Positions 23,684 through 37,273 are shown, numbered from the stretch's first letter. The stretch: DNA of 64,000 nucleotides from Podarcis tiliguerta (GCA_965153285.1 OZ229114.1), one strand, 5' to 3'. Numbers and translations: made by a program. The notes: generated from the letters alone by a model not told the origin.

Positions 23684-25793
23684 ATATTATTCTATTACCT
23701 TTGATGATTGCTTCCCTATTCGGTTGTGCTTTTATTTTGCAGGTATGAATTGACCATTTTAAGACAAAAATGAAGAAAACAATGTAGCAATCTTGTCCCA
23801 ATATTTACTTACATGTGTGACCTGTCTTGTGCCCTACTTTGTAGCAGAAGGAATGTTATCCGTAAATAAAAGAAGTGTGTTACGTTATATTTTAGATTAC
23901 ATAATTATAGTATCATTAGGAAAGATGGTACTGTTCCATTACCGTCTGACACCTAGCACAATGTAGTCCGATCTTTGACTGACTCTTCTTTGGAATAAAT
24001 GTGCATATGATATTTACTGTTCAAAATAGTTGCTTTCAGTGAAATGCACTAACCTGTAAATGATAACCATAGCTCCTTTAGTAAAGACAGTCACAGACAT
24101 TCTTACATATTTAATCCAGCAGAGTGCAGCAGAGATCAGGGAATCATAATATGGAATACTTCATTATATCAGGGAATAGTGATTGTTGTGGGGAACAGAA
24201 ACAAGCTCAGTAGTTATTTTCATCTAAAAGTGTGCTTAATGATATGGCAGCCCCAATATTACAATTTAGCAGAATAGCTGCAGTGTTGTGGCTTTTTGTG
24301 GAAAAAATACTATTTAAAATTAGAATAATATGCATAGGGCAATTTGCATTTGGAAAAATTTAGTTTGCATCAGAAAAATTGCTGGTGCCCTAGAATAATT
24401 AATTAACTTGTTTGTTTTTCTTTGTATTTAGTAAACAAAGCTAAAATGTTTGAAACTGTCAATTTTGCCTAATATTGTGTTTGCAGTTGGAAACCATTCA
24501 TTGATATTAAAGAACTTATGAAATCAGGAGGGAAATATTTTGAAAAATATAGCAGTAGAAAATGTTCTGCCCCCTATCACTTGATAAAATATTTTCTTGA
24601 AAATTCTGCTTTTGTGTTTAACTGTCTTGAAAGGTAAAAATCCTATTGCTCTGCCAAGAGAAACCGGAGACTACTTTTTCTTAAAACTGTGGAAATAATT
24701 CAGAATGAAATGATTAAAGTAGTTTAATGTGAACTGATGGATTATTGGAGAACATTTGGTTTTCCATGAGACCTCAGTAACATCCTGTCAAAATTCTGAG
24801 GACAGAGATGTTAAAAGCATAGATGATGAAGGCATTTGGTTCAAAAGTAGTGAACAAACAGAGGTTTCTTGATTCCAAATTGAAAAGCAAACTACTTTAA
24901 AAAAATCATCTGACCTAGGCTTGAAGAACCTATCTAGAACTTGAAATGTGTGTTACTTAGATCAGTTTACATATCTTACTGACAGAAGAAAGGAGGGCAT
25001 GAAAAATTTATGACAGGAAAGACTTGGCGTGTCAGAGTTTTGAAAGACACAGATCAACAAACTTGCTCGTACATGTTTGTGTGTTCTTTCCCCCTCTCAA
25101 CTTCTGGTGAATTGTTGCTCCAGAGACTGATTTTACAGATTTAAACCTTTTCAATAAGCTATGACAAGGTAAGAGCCTAAGTGACCTCAGGTGAAAGAGA
25201 CCGGTTACTGCTGGGAGATATATTTGTTCAATAAATCATCATTTCAACAGCCAGGTTGCTTTAACTTTGCCAGCCCTTACATCACCTGTTAAGAATGCTG
25301 CCTTGGCTGCGGAAATTCATTTTTAGGAGAAATTCAAAATGCTGGGGCTGTCCTTTTCTTCCTGTCCATTTCAGCATACAGTGTATTATTTAAGGCCTGG
25401 AGTAAGATTGTTCTGAAGCCATAACAGGATGCAGAGAAGCTCATTTAGGAGTGCTACTAGGCAGCAGCACCTTAAAGCATTCCACCGTAAAGTCATTAGG
25501 GGACCACATTTCTCTTACAGTTTGCATTATGCTTCTCTCTGTGTGTCATTTGAGCTCTCTGTGTTTCTCTTAAACGAGAACCAACTGGGAGAAAGCCACA
25601 TCATCGGGATGAAGAAGAAGAAAAAATCTCCAATATTGCTTTGGAAATTTCACAATCAAAAGCACATTTTCGAAGCCCAGCCACTGACAGTGTGAACTAA
25701 AATAGGAAACATATGACATAGGGAACATGACAGCCGAAAAGAGAAAGTTGAACATTGTGACTATTTCATTATTTGTCTTCAAACAGTCTAGAG

Positions 25794-25961
25794 CAGCCTC
25801 CTTCAATAGAAGGCCCTTCAGATGATGCAGATTACAAGGCCCACCAACCCCAGCCAGCATGGCCACGGACAACCTGAGTTCAAATCCTCACTCAGCCTGT
25901 GTAGTCAGCTGATGGGAACTAAAGTGCAAAACAGCTGAGAGCACCAGGTTGGGGAAGGCAG
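25794..25961. mobile_element. Small hAT-like MITE (cagcct...ccaggttggggaagg family); relatives about 27746-27841, 30627-30760, 39771-39872
   Basis: Recurring gatggg...gtagtccaacaacatctggag...aggtt motif with inverted ends. Confidence 0.55.
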
Positions 25962-25964
25962 CTG

Positions 25965-25967
<3 letters not shown>

Positions 25968-26023
<56 letters not shown>
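25968..26023. repeat. (TC)n(AC)n compound microsatellite
   Basis: Seen directly in the sequence. Confidence 0.95.
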
Positions 26024-26449
26024 TTCAGAAAACTGTCCTAGCACTGCTAATAACTTTTTTTAAAAGATTATTTTGCCAATACATAAATCTAGTCACTAAC
26101 TAAAGACTGTGCCACCAGCTTTTTGCCAATGCATGCTTGTACACGAGGAGCCACGTCTTGAGTGAGAGCTGAGCTAATGCATTCACTTTCTACTGCAGCA
26201 GGAGGAGGACTGGGAAATCTTCCTTCCAATGGTTGACATGTGTCCTCTTTTCCCAGGACGCATCCTCTTTTTCATGGGTAGGTAAAGTGAGAGTAGTCAT
26301 ATCGATCCATAGTTAAAAATAGAAGTCAGCAAACGTGTCCTCTTTTTTGCTCTTCAAAATACGGCGACCCTATTAGGTGAATAGAACTGGCTTTAAACAG
26401 GGGAGATGAAAGCTCAGATCTGCACTCGCCTGATGTCAGCTACAGAGTA

Positions 26450-26663
26450 CAGTGGTACCTCGGGTTAAGAACTTAATTCGTTCTGGAGGTCCGTTCTTAA
26501 CCTGAAACTGTTCTTAACCCAAGGTACCATTTTAGGTAATGGGGCCTCCCACTGCTGCCGCACAATTTCTCTTCTCATCCTGAAGCAAAGTTCTTACCTG
26601 AGGTACTATTTCTGGGTTAGCGGAGTCTGTAACCTGAAGCGTCTGTAACTCGAGGTACCACTG
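26450..26663. mobile_element. Tigger/pogo-like MITE (CAGTGGTACCTC family)
   Basis: TA-CAGTGGTACCTCG...CGAGGTACCACTG-TA. Confidence 0.88.
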
Positions 26664-26683
26664 TACTGGCATTAACCAAACGA

Positions 26684-26855
26684 CAGAGGCAGAATTAGGG
26701 GCATGTGACCAGTTCGATCACACTTGGTGCAGAGCCTCAGGGGTGCTGCAGCGGTCCACAACTATTTTGTAGAATGGAGTACGATAGGAGGGGGTGCCGA
26801 TTTTTGACGTCACACGGGGTGCTGCTGAAATTTGAGACCCTAAGGTCTGGCACTG
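26684..26855. mobile_element. Non-autonomous DNA transposon, same family as 2147-2311
   Basis: Imperfect TIRs cagaggcagaattaggg / ccctaaggtctggcactg. Confidence 0.6.
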
Positions 26856-29800
26856 CAGACTAGATCAGGAATGGGAAACCTCAATCCCTTCATGCTTCTC
26901 TATGTGGTCCTTGGAGTCCTCCCCAGGCTATACCCCACACTGGTCCCGCTTTGCACCCTCATATTTTTGCCTGGCTGGAATCAGTCCTTTGAGTATAGAC
27001 AGTAGACTACATTGGGTTTGATTGATAAATGGCTTGAGCTGTTATAAAACAGCTTCCTGGGTTCTTTATACTCTAAAGGCATCAGATTCATTTGCGTTTA
27101 CACTCCATCAGAGTGTAGCTGTACAGAGCAACAAGATAAAAAGTAAAAACGCATAAGGATCATAGACAATGTAAAATGGCAACTCATTCTACTTTCTGGT
27201 GCAAAAGAAGAGAGAGGAGGAGGGTGCCCCTAAGTTAGTGGTGGGACCACACATTGAAGGGATCACTTTGAGAGTTAATATGAGCACATGGATAAATGGT
27301 TTTGTTAGCTGAGAAAGACAGTACGCGTGGAAGTGGTATCAAAATACAAGGCTGTGCTAATATTTATACAGCTGTAATATAAACAACCCCCTGTTCCAGG
27401 TCAAGTAACTTTTTGGGTCATGTCCTTATCTTTTAAATATCTGTTTGGGCATTAAATAATCTCCCCTAAAAATCTTAAAATGACACAAGATGGCAGTGTT
27501 TCAGAGCATTGCTTGAGTAGTATGCTATATAGCTATAGGGTTTTTTTAGATGTCCATCTCAGAAAATCCTCTCTGTCCATGTGACCTGGGATACAGCTTA
27601 GCTTGATCATGGAGGTTTGTATAAACAGAACATTTCACCAGTGTATGCCACATAATTGAGACTGATGGGCACCGGCAGGGTGCGATTGTGACAGGCTGTA
27701 GCCCATTCTGGTCAAATGGCCCCAGGTTGTTTAGATGCCCTACAGCAGCTTTCCCCAGATCTGTGCTCCTCCAAATGTTGGACTGAGGATATCAGTTGTA
27801 GTCCAACAACAATATGGAGTGCACTAGGTTGGGGTAGACTGACCTAGAGACATAAATATGCAAACATGCTAGTATTTATGTTCCTGCATTTGTAAACTGA
27901 ATCCCAAGGAATGAAAATCTCTTCAGGAAATTAGTAGTTCCACCAAGGGACTAGGGAACAGTTGATCCGAGAAAGATGTGCTTAATTGCCTCACTGTCTC
28001 TGCATGCTATAGGCCACCCTTGTGATGTCCATGCATATAATATGACTGAAAGTCATTAAGTGCGTGATTTTTCCATCCATCATTAACTTGTAACTGAACA
28101 GCATTGAATGTTTTTTTTTTTAAGAAAACCTAAAACCTTTTATTCCCCTCTCATATGTATTGCCATCAGTTCATTTTATTTGCTACTTTCTTTACAGCAC
28201 TTTGCAGCATATGTTACCCAAAGGCATCAGAGCAAGCTATAAGAGTTAATGTAGATCATAAAGCATGAAATATACTATCTAAACTTGCCCAATGATTTAT
28301 TCTTGGCCACTAAATGCCATCTAAAAGAAAATTATTGTATGCAATTTCTGCTTGGGCCACAAGTTTGTACTTTTTTCAGTCTTCAGGGAAAGGCTATTCT
28401 TCACTTGTGGAACAGCTATTAAGAAACCTCGCTATAAACCTTTCTTCTATATACAGATATTTTCATGTGTGGGGAAGGGAAGCTATGTTCTCCCCCCCCC
28501 CTTTTTTTTTTTTTTACCTCTGAGGCTTCCCTGATAGTGTAGTGTCCATGCAAATAAATTTGCTGGGAAATATAAAGTCTCACCCCAACACATACACCCA
28601 GTCTGTTTGCAATCCCATTTCAAAATGTGGCTCTGTAAATATCATGAGCATCTATGTATTAGCATTTATAATATAGCACTAGATCAGAAACACAATTCCC
28701 CTCCCCTCTCTCACACTCAATACCAGTACAGTTTTTGTCTATGTTTAATATTTTCCCTCACTTATATAGATATATATATTTAAAAGGTTAGTACAAGACT
28801 CCTGCTATTATTTTATGGGTACTGTATTTCACATCTTTCAAAAACATTTTCATTGCTCATCTGCTAAATTCGCCACTTTGGTATACATTTAACATAACTT
28901 CAAAGTAGAAAAATCGTTTGTCCTAGTCATTGAATGAGGATGGGAAAATCACACTATTTGTAGTAGAATGAGAAGCAGTACAAATAAGGGGGTACACCAG
29001 CTGAAGTTGTGTTCATTATCAAATCATGTTTAATAGTATGTTCATTAATGAATAATGTTTATCAGTGCATTGCATGGGGAAAGCTATAGTTACTACCCCC
29101 ACAAAAACATATTGGCCACAGATGGCAGCCATATTCTTCCCTCACCTTCACTGTCCCACTGCTTTAACTTCCAAGGCATTTCAAGGAAATCCAAGATGGT
29201 GGTTGGAAGCTACTTAGCTGCAGAACACTGGAAATTTGTTTTAAAGGAATCAGACGCTGGAAGAGGTGCCTATAGAAGGAAGTCTATAGAACAGCACTTT
29301 GCTGTGAATCCCCTTAACTCTTGATCATGCCCTGTCACCATACTTACATTCTAGGATCTGGCTATGGCATTTGCCTTACTGTTGAATCAGCTGTTCAAAC
29401 ATATCCTGTCCATTCACAGTTTGTCAACTTGGCTTTGTATCTTTCAGGAGAAAGTGTTTCAAATCATTTTGTATTAATTGGGCATTCCCCAACTCCCCAA
29501 AGGTACTTTCCCCTTTTTTTCTTTTATTGTTATTGAACAAAATCTAGGAATGCTTTCAAACTGTAGCTGTTTTCTATTTTAAAACATTTTTAGCCATTCC
29601 CCCACGTAATACAAAATAGAAGAGGTATTTATGAATGATGGCTGCAGCATGAACCAAAAAACTATTCTCTATTAAGACTTGTTATCGCCAGTCCTGGTCA
29701 AATGCCAAACTAAGCATTGCGGCCAGTGACAGTTTTAAGATCTTATATACCTTGGGGGTGGGGGGAGAGCTAAAGAAAGAGTTGACTTATGCTATTAGAA

Positions 29801-30374
29801 ATTGTAGAGTCCCGGGAGCATACAGACTTCCTTTCTCGGCCTGGTGTCCTCAGACTCTGTAGCCTCTACATGACATCATTCCAGTATACAATCCGACTTT
29901 GTCCTTCCAGAACTCCCAACCCACCTGGCGTGGTGTAATATTTGTTGTTGCTCATTTTATGAACTACTACAGCTAGGACCCAACGAATCCTTAATTATAG
30001 TGCAAACTGCTTCTCTGCTACAATGCTTCCTGCCTTTCTCCCCTGGGAATTTGTAGTATTTTCATTGAGGCCAAAACTTGAGTGCAACAGATTTCTTTCC
30101 CTGTAGAGATCGCAAAGCTGTTTATGATGATAATAAGAAAATAATTCTAATATCTCTTGCTGAGGCACGGGAAGGGAATGCGGTTATGTATGTGTTAATT
30201 CTTTTAATACATGCAGTCAGCTGACAACTCAAGTGCCCCTAGTTACGTACAAGCTGCCTTTTCTCTAATGCACCCCCACGTGTCTTGGGTCTATGCATAA
30301 GTGACATAACCACACATGAATGGCTGCAGTTTAGTAGTGGAGCATTGCATAAAAAAGGTTCAAGTTTCAACAGT

Positions 30375-30612
30375 AGGAACATAGGAAGCTGCCTTATACA
30401 GGGTCAAATTATTGATCCATCTAGATCTAGAGTGGCTGGGGAAACACAGCCAGATGGGCAGGGTACAAATAATAAATTATCATAAACATCATCACGTACA
30501 GGTAGCAGCTCTCCAGGGTTTCAGGCAGGGGACCCTCCAAGCCCTACCTGGAAATGCTCTACCTGGGACTTTCTGTATCCGGAACTGATGCTGTACCACT
30601 GAACTATGGCCC
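30375..30612 (-). mobile_element. Squam3-like SINE interrupted by an L2 3' tail (30429-30483, + strand)
   Basis: Both halves match the 7571/43490 family; the insert matches the 23620-23680 tail. Confidence 0.7.
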
Positions 30613-31008
30613 TCTATTAGCATCTCCATGGAGGGATTGGATAATCTCCTGTGACCCTCCAGAGGTTCTTGGACTCCAACTTTCATCAGCCATGGCCAGT
30701 TGGCAGGGATGATGGGTGCTGTAGTCCAACAACATCTGGAGCAACATAGGTTTTTCTATCTTTGAATTAAATGATTATTGTAACACTTCAGTAGTGACTA
30801 TTTAAAATCAGATGCTTATAGGCTTCCCTTAGGCAGCTAGTTGGCCGCTTTAAGAACAGGTTGCTGAACTAGATGAGCCAGCGGGGCTCTTCATACATTC
30901 TTTTCACCCTACCCCAATTATGTGTGCACACAATAATGTGTAATTGATAGGGGTAGATTCATTTTATGGCTTGCTAATAATTTTGTTATTATGGCATGAT
31001 GCTATATG

Positions 31009-31693
31009 TGTCCCGACCACAGCTGTCAACATTTCCCTTTTTTTTAAAGGGAAGTTCCCTTATTCCAAATAGGATTCCTCACAAGAAAAGGGAAAAGTTG
31101 ACAGCTATGGTCCCGACCCCTTGGCCTACCTAGCAGCAAGTTAGTATGTGAAGTCCCCAGCCCAGGATTCATCCAAAGTCCAAACTGAAGCACAGCCCTA
31201 AAGCATCCAAGATGAGGTCCATAAATATGGGCAGTTGAGTAGACCCAGCACCTCAGCTCTGCTGCCCTTTTGTACTCTGCATGTTGACTGCAGCATATGG
31301 GCTTGATGAGGCATATGACCCTCACCTGTTCCAAGCCCACTCCAGCTAAGGAGTCACACCCCAGGGCTAGCGAGATCCACCTGGCCAGCCAGGGAACTGG
31401 GCTGTGGGCCCTTGCCTGCCTCAGCCTCCTGGAGCACCCCGACTGGACTGCTGCTCACAATGCCTCAGAGCCTGCTGTGTTCGTGGACAGGGGCCCCTCT
31501 GGCTCTGGTGGTGGGTCCTGCTGCTTTCTGTGTACCGACCCTCATCTCCATGTCATCTTCCATCACTCTGTGAGTACTTCCTATACCAACCTCTCCTTCT
31601 CCACCCCCAGCTTGCCCTGGTGTGTCCCTGTCCTAGCTACACCCCTCACCAGGATCTTCTTCCTTCTCCCTGTAGCCCTGCCAGTTCATGACA
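31009..31693. mobile_element. Solo LTR (Gypsy- or ERV-like) with a nested hAT MITE
   Basis: TGTCCCGA...TCATGACA termini; perfect 5-bp TSD ATATG at 31004-31008 and 31694-31698. Confidence 0.7.
31018..31109. mobile_element. 92-bp hAT MITE
   Basis: TIRs CACAGCTGTCAAC/GTTGACAGCTATG; perfect 8-bp TSD GTCCCGAC at 31010-31017 and 31110-31117. Confidence 0.9.
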
Positions 31694-33142
31694 ATATGTG
31701 AAATAGATCCCTGAACTGCATTATTATTACTACTATTATTACTATTACTATTATTATTAATGTATTTCTTATATTTTGAATTGTTATTACAGCTATGTGA
31801 TTTTTGGCATACATTTTGCCATTAGTATGTAGTGTAAACCACCCTGAGTACAATATTCTCAAAAGACAGGACACAAGTTTAAAAGAAATAAAATGAGGAT
31901 TGTTTGACTTTGAAGTGCCACAAGGCTCATTATAATTTAGAAAAAAAGCTTTGTCAGTTTATAGGCTGCTGCAGGTTTTTGTTTCTGATAGAGAGAAATG
32001 GACTAGAACTCAACATTCCTGGGGCGTTTGCTAAGAGAATGAAACAACAAACACTTTTTAATCTCAAGGGGGTGAAACCACCAAAATAACAAAAACAATT
32101 ACTGAACCCCACACATTTGATACTTGTTCTCTTCTTTCCATGCTATTTGACTCTCCTAACTTATTATGATCAGGTACAACTTTTTCAGACTACTGCTTAA
32201 TTCCTTATGATGTCCATTTTGATTTCTGTTAGATCTATAACATAGTTCAGCTGACACTTCTGACTGGAACAACTCTCAGAAATCAACATTATTGTGGCTT
32301 GCACAGCTACCAGACACCATTTGATACCAAATATATATGCTAACAAAAGAACCATCCAGGCATGGATAAATGCTTTTCCATGTTGCTCCTCATAGTGCTA
32401 TCATAGTAACTTGGTTGGAGATGTCTGATGTCCGACTCTGCTCTGTTTTGTGCCTTTCTTCGTAGGTGCAAATCTGCCAGGGAAGCAAGATTTATGGTGT
32501 TCTTTGCTGTTGATTCGTGTTCTTTTAAGACAAGTAGCACAAAAAAGTGAAGACAGAAATGACTGGCAGAAAATAATAGACAAATGCAATTTACTTGCAT
32601 AATAAAAACAAACTTAGAGCATGTGTATCCAAGTTATGACATTGTGTTTGGTTCACTTGAGAGGCGAACCTCTTTTCTGATACTTGGCAAAGTACATGAA
32701 GAGACATTTTGTTTTGCCCTGATGCTACTCACTTGAAATCTAGAATCTGAATCCAAAGCAAGTGGAAATGTGAAACAAATGCATTTTTATTTTTATGCAG
32801 ACGTGGAATTTGCCATCATTGCCCGCTAGTAAATCTGTCTCCCTCTCTCTCGTTCTTTCTCTCCTTAGCTACTGTAATTTTTGTGTTATGCGCTCATTGC
32901 TATCCTTTCTCCATGACAGTCTTCCAAATTAAACTTTAGGATTCCAGGAAAAAATTCTAACAAATGTTTAAATCACTCAGAAGCTTGGGCTAATGTGAGG
33001 AAAACAGAAGCATCCTTTGCAAGACTTACACCGTAGCACTGGACCATTTTAATTTCCAGCGGCCCATGTTACTTCTCAGGGATTTCATATGGCAAAAGGA
33101 TGTAAAGGAAGGTGAAGCTTCCTTTAGGCTGCAGTGAAGTGG

Positions 33143-33143
<1 letters not shown>

Positions 33144-33186
<43 letters not shown>

Positions 33187-33190
33187 TAAT
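33144..33190. repeat. (AAT)n microsatellite
   Basis: Seen directly in the sequence. Confidence 0.95.
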
Positions 33191-35067
33191 GAAGATACAG
33201 GTGGGCATTTGAGTTAAACCAAAAGAGCACACGGAAACTTGTACTTGGAAGAACATTTTGACGTATTTTTCCTGCTGGGATCTGACAATCAAAACTGAAT
33301 TTTTTATCTTGTCATTTGCCTTCTACCACCATCTCTAGCCAAACCATCATTTGCCTTTTGCTGAATGGAAGTTGCAGCGACCTTGCTGCAGACTATTGAC
33401 TGAGAAGCGGGGTGGCAGTGGCACTGAATTTTGGCATTACACAGGGTGCCACTGAAATTTGAAAGCACTGGTAACAGAACAGTTCTCCCCCAAAGTATTG
33501 CATTGGGTTCAGCAGGAGTGGGGAAGATGATGGCATGTGTATTTATTGATTTGAAACAGCTTGGTGCCGTTCATTAAAGGTACCAAGTTGGTTCACAATG
33601 TATGTAAAATTACTGAAATAATCAGTAAAATCTACACTTTAAAATGGAACACAGTAAAATGCATCAGCATATATCTCAAGTTACCACAAATGCTTGGTAT
33701 TAATAGCCAGCAAATGCCTGAATGAATAGATGAGCCTTGTATGCTTCATATTGGGCTATAAGTATCTGAGAAACACATAATCAGATGTTGGTTACATTCT
33801 GCAAGACGGTTAATTATTTGAAAAGCAACTCTAATCTCACACGGGCCATTCACATTTAATAAATAAATAAATAAATAAATAAATCATTCACATATTGCAA
33901 AATCAGTTCCCATTATCAAGCCAAAGTACATTTATGTAGGAACAGGGATCTGACAGCGGAGCTACCTAGAAAAGCCAACTTTCTAGCTCATTGTGTAGTT
34001 GGGACTTTTCATATTATTGCATTTGCATTGCGATTTGTATGCTGGTACCCTGGGAAGTGGATCTATTATTTTTCAAAGTGATGTTCACCTAAGTTTCTAT
34101 CTCCCTAAGTGCAAGATTCTTCAAACGGGTTGGTGGTCTGTTCAAAAGTATCAAATCCCAGCAAGGGCCGCACTTGTTATCATACATATAAATGAAATAG
34201 CAAGCAACTAAGTGGGAACTGCAGTTCTAGGAGTTTTAAAATATCAAGTTTTGTTTGCTTGATGTTGACCTCGGTGCTTGCTGTAATTTGGAAATATAAG
34301 ACCCTGCTGAGTTTGTTAGTTCTATGGAAGCCAGCCAGAGTACTGGAGCTTCTAGGAATGCCTGCTGGAAGAAACAGTGTAAGTCAAGGTTAGATCACTG
34401 TAATGCAACTTCCTATATTGCCTTCCTCCAATATGCTATTATCAAAAGTTTCAGCAGGGTACATGACATTGCCTGGGTTGCAGAAATGCATGCCTAGAAT
34501 CACTTCTTTGAATGCCACAGCATACACATCCTGTCTAAGCAAATTTCACATGTCAAAGTCTTATCCCTAAAAGTCTAAGAGATTTGGGTGTTTTCAAATG
34601 AGTGATTGAGTCCCATGCATGTCCCTTGGATTTTATTCCTTTGAGGAACCTAAACAATTATTTCTGTTGGGTCTTTGCATTCTTCCATTTCTTTGCACCT
34701 GAACAGGTTTGGATCAATTCTTGTACTTGAGGTTGAAATCAGATTGATATGAATCACAGGCAGGTACATTTTGGAAATAGTGAGACTTAGTGCTCAAACT
34801 TCCTGACCTCATAGGAAGACTGCTCTTTTATTTATAAAGCAGAACCAAAACTCACATTTTACCCAAACTGTAGCGAAACGTGCTTTCTAGGAAAATTCTA
34901 CAGATTATGCTTCTACATAAAGCTTGTTAGGTTCAGTTTGTATGGAGAAGGCTCTTGTTCCTTACAAGTTCTTTGATTGCACTGTGGTCTGAAATTAAGG
35001 TCTTTGACTGATTGAAGTGATCATTGCAATATGGACTGGTTGCATGTCAAGGTCCCCAGGGCCACCA

Positions 35068-35464
35068 CAACCTTACAAGTTGTGATGATTTGCTATGCAG
35101 TAGGCAAAAACCAAATGGCCCCAGCCAATCAGCCAGATGGACAAAATTCCTACTGGGCCCCTGCCCCAAGAACAGACAACCCCATGACAGGCATAGCAAG
35201 GTCAAAGTGAACAACCCTAAATATGGGGGGGGGGGGGAGAGACAGGCAATCCGATGCACGGGCAAAGAGAGGAAGCCCTAGCCTCGTGCAAGGAGTTTTA
35301 GCATTTCTGGCTGTCAATCAACAAATGGCAACATTAACTTCTTCCCAACGACAAGGGAAGCCCAATCGCATCAGTAGCCAACGATCATTTAGCCCGCCAC
35401 ACAACTTTGGAGTGTCCTGTCGGCCCCCACTGCAACACGTGCTCTCCATGAAGGAGAACACGCT
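35068..35464 (-). mobile_element. Partial copy of the 60065-60841 repeat family (possibly DIRS/Ngaro-type terminal repeat)
   Basis: 35068-35153 differs from 60455-60539 at about 4 positions; both share the terminal gcaacacgtgctctc...ggagaacacgct hairpin. Confidence 0.6.
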
Positions 35465-36763
35465 TTATTCCTAAAGGCTTTGAACGATGTTGTGTGCCTT
35501 GCCTTTGTACAGTGAGTTCTTAAATTCCTAGGCTCTGATCCAAAGATCTTTGAGCACAGCAGAGGGCGAGAATCTGTGAGTTCTCACCTGCCAGACATAT
35601 GCTGATAGCGATGGTTGGTGCTGTCAGACCTGATAACTCTGTCTATCATTTCAATCAGTGTCACACATGTAGTCCCATCGTGGCAAATGAACTGTGCATG
35701 TGTTTCATCCTTTTGTACATATGGAACCTAATTATGAAGGGATCGATGTATGGAAGATTTATTCCATGTGCCGACTGGTCCTTACTCATTCAGAACAATG
35801 GTGGTTGCCTGCTCTGAATTTGTTTGTAAAACTTTTCTGGAGGTTTCTAAAGGCACTCCATTTCCTGTCTCCAGTGGTGACAGAAATATGTTTGCCACTA
35901 TTCGATCCTGTATTGTTCTGAAGCCAAGAACAATTCAGAGCTATTTATTTTAATATTGATGGACAGCAAGGATTCTATTTGGTAAATCATTATCCTAACA
36001 GTGAGTTGTTTCTAATATTATCTTGCTGCTTTTTGTATGTGTATATTGGACTCGTATGAACATATTTTATGTCAAATACATCACAGATTCAGGGATGATC
36101 TTAACAGATGAACATTTATTTTGGGTTGCAGTTAATAATTTTTCACTTTGAAGAATTGTTGAAGCATTTCAAAGAAGTGAAAAAAAATATGCCAAGGGTG
36201 AACTACTTATTTTGAATCATTATGATCCATTTCAGGAATGTGACCTGGTTTATAGATTTTATAAATAGATTTTCTTTCCCAAGAATGCATTCAGTTTGAA
36301 TCCCATTACAACCATTTATGATAAAACTCAGATCTCCTTTCCCCCATTCTCCTCCCCAAATACATACAGAAACGCAGAAGCAATCATGGAGGTCACAATT
36401 TATAATTATGAAATTAAGAAGACTCACAGCGTGGTTTGCTTATTAATTAGCTATGAAATAGTCTCTTTTTTACCTTTGGGGAAGCTGTGTGAATTTTTTT
36501 TCTTAGTAAGTAAAAAAAAAAGGAGGTGTAATTATTATTTGTTGAACCTTAACTTCTCTAGTCAAATAAACACATTTTCCATTTTAAAAATCCCTGAAAT
36601 TCCCTGCAGCAGGGGATCAAATAACTTGGAACTGCTAATGTGTTCTAGATCCTAATAGAAGATCAAATGGGCAACTGGTCTCGAACCACTGATCAATACA
36701 TAATGTTCATAGCTTTTCAGATATGTTATTTTGACAATATAATGAACAGTATTTGCCAATGAA

Positions 36764-37114
36764 GGGACACGGGTGGCGCTGTGGGTTAAACCACAGAGCC
36801 TAGGACTTGCTGATCAGAACGTCGGTGGTTCGAATCCCCGCAACAGGGTGAGCTCCCGTTGCTCGGTCCCAGCTCCTGCCAACCTAGTAGTTCTAAAGCA
36901 CATCAAAGTGCAAGTAGATAAATATGTACCGCTCAAGCGGGAAGGTAAACAGCATTTCCGTGCGCTGCTCTGGTTTGCCAGAAGCAGCTTAGTCATGCTG
37001 GCCACATGACTTGGAAGCTGTACGCCGGCTCCCTCAGCCAGTAAAGCGAGATGAGCGCCACAACCCCAGAGTCGGCCACGACTGGACCTAATGGTCAGGG
37101 GTCCCTTTACCTTT
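36764..37114 (+). mobile_element. Sauria SINE (Squam1-type), full length
   Basis: GGGACACGGGTGGCGCTGTGG head, B-box GGTTCGAATCC, ACCTTT-type tail; homologous to the 48461 and 48831 copies. Confidence 0.9.
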
Positions 37115-37119
37115 TTATT

Positions 37120-37273
37120 TAATAATAATAATAATAATAATTTCTTATTTATACCCCGCCCATCTGGCTGAGTTTCCCCAGCCACTCTGGGCGGCTTCCA
37201 ATCAATTGGTAAAAACAATACAGCATTAAATATTAAAAAACTTGCCTAAACAGGGCTGCCTTCAGATGTCTTT
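37120..37273 (-). mobile_element. L2 3' fragment with (AAT)n tail
   Basis: Reverse-complement homologue of about 23560-23683. Confidence 0.75.

Noticed and set aside
36764-36845. tRNA-like A/B boxes (also 43490, 48461, 53700)
   Set aside because: SINE heads with no complete cloverleaf; not tRNA genes
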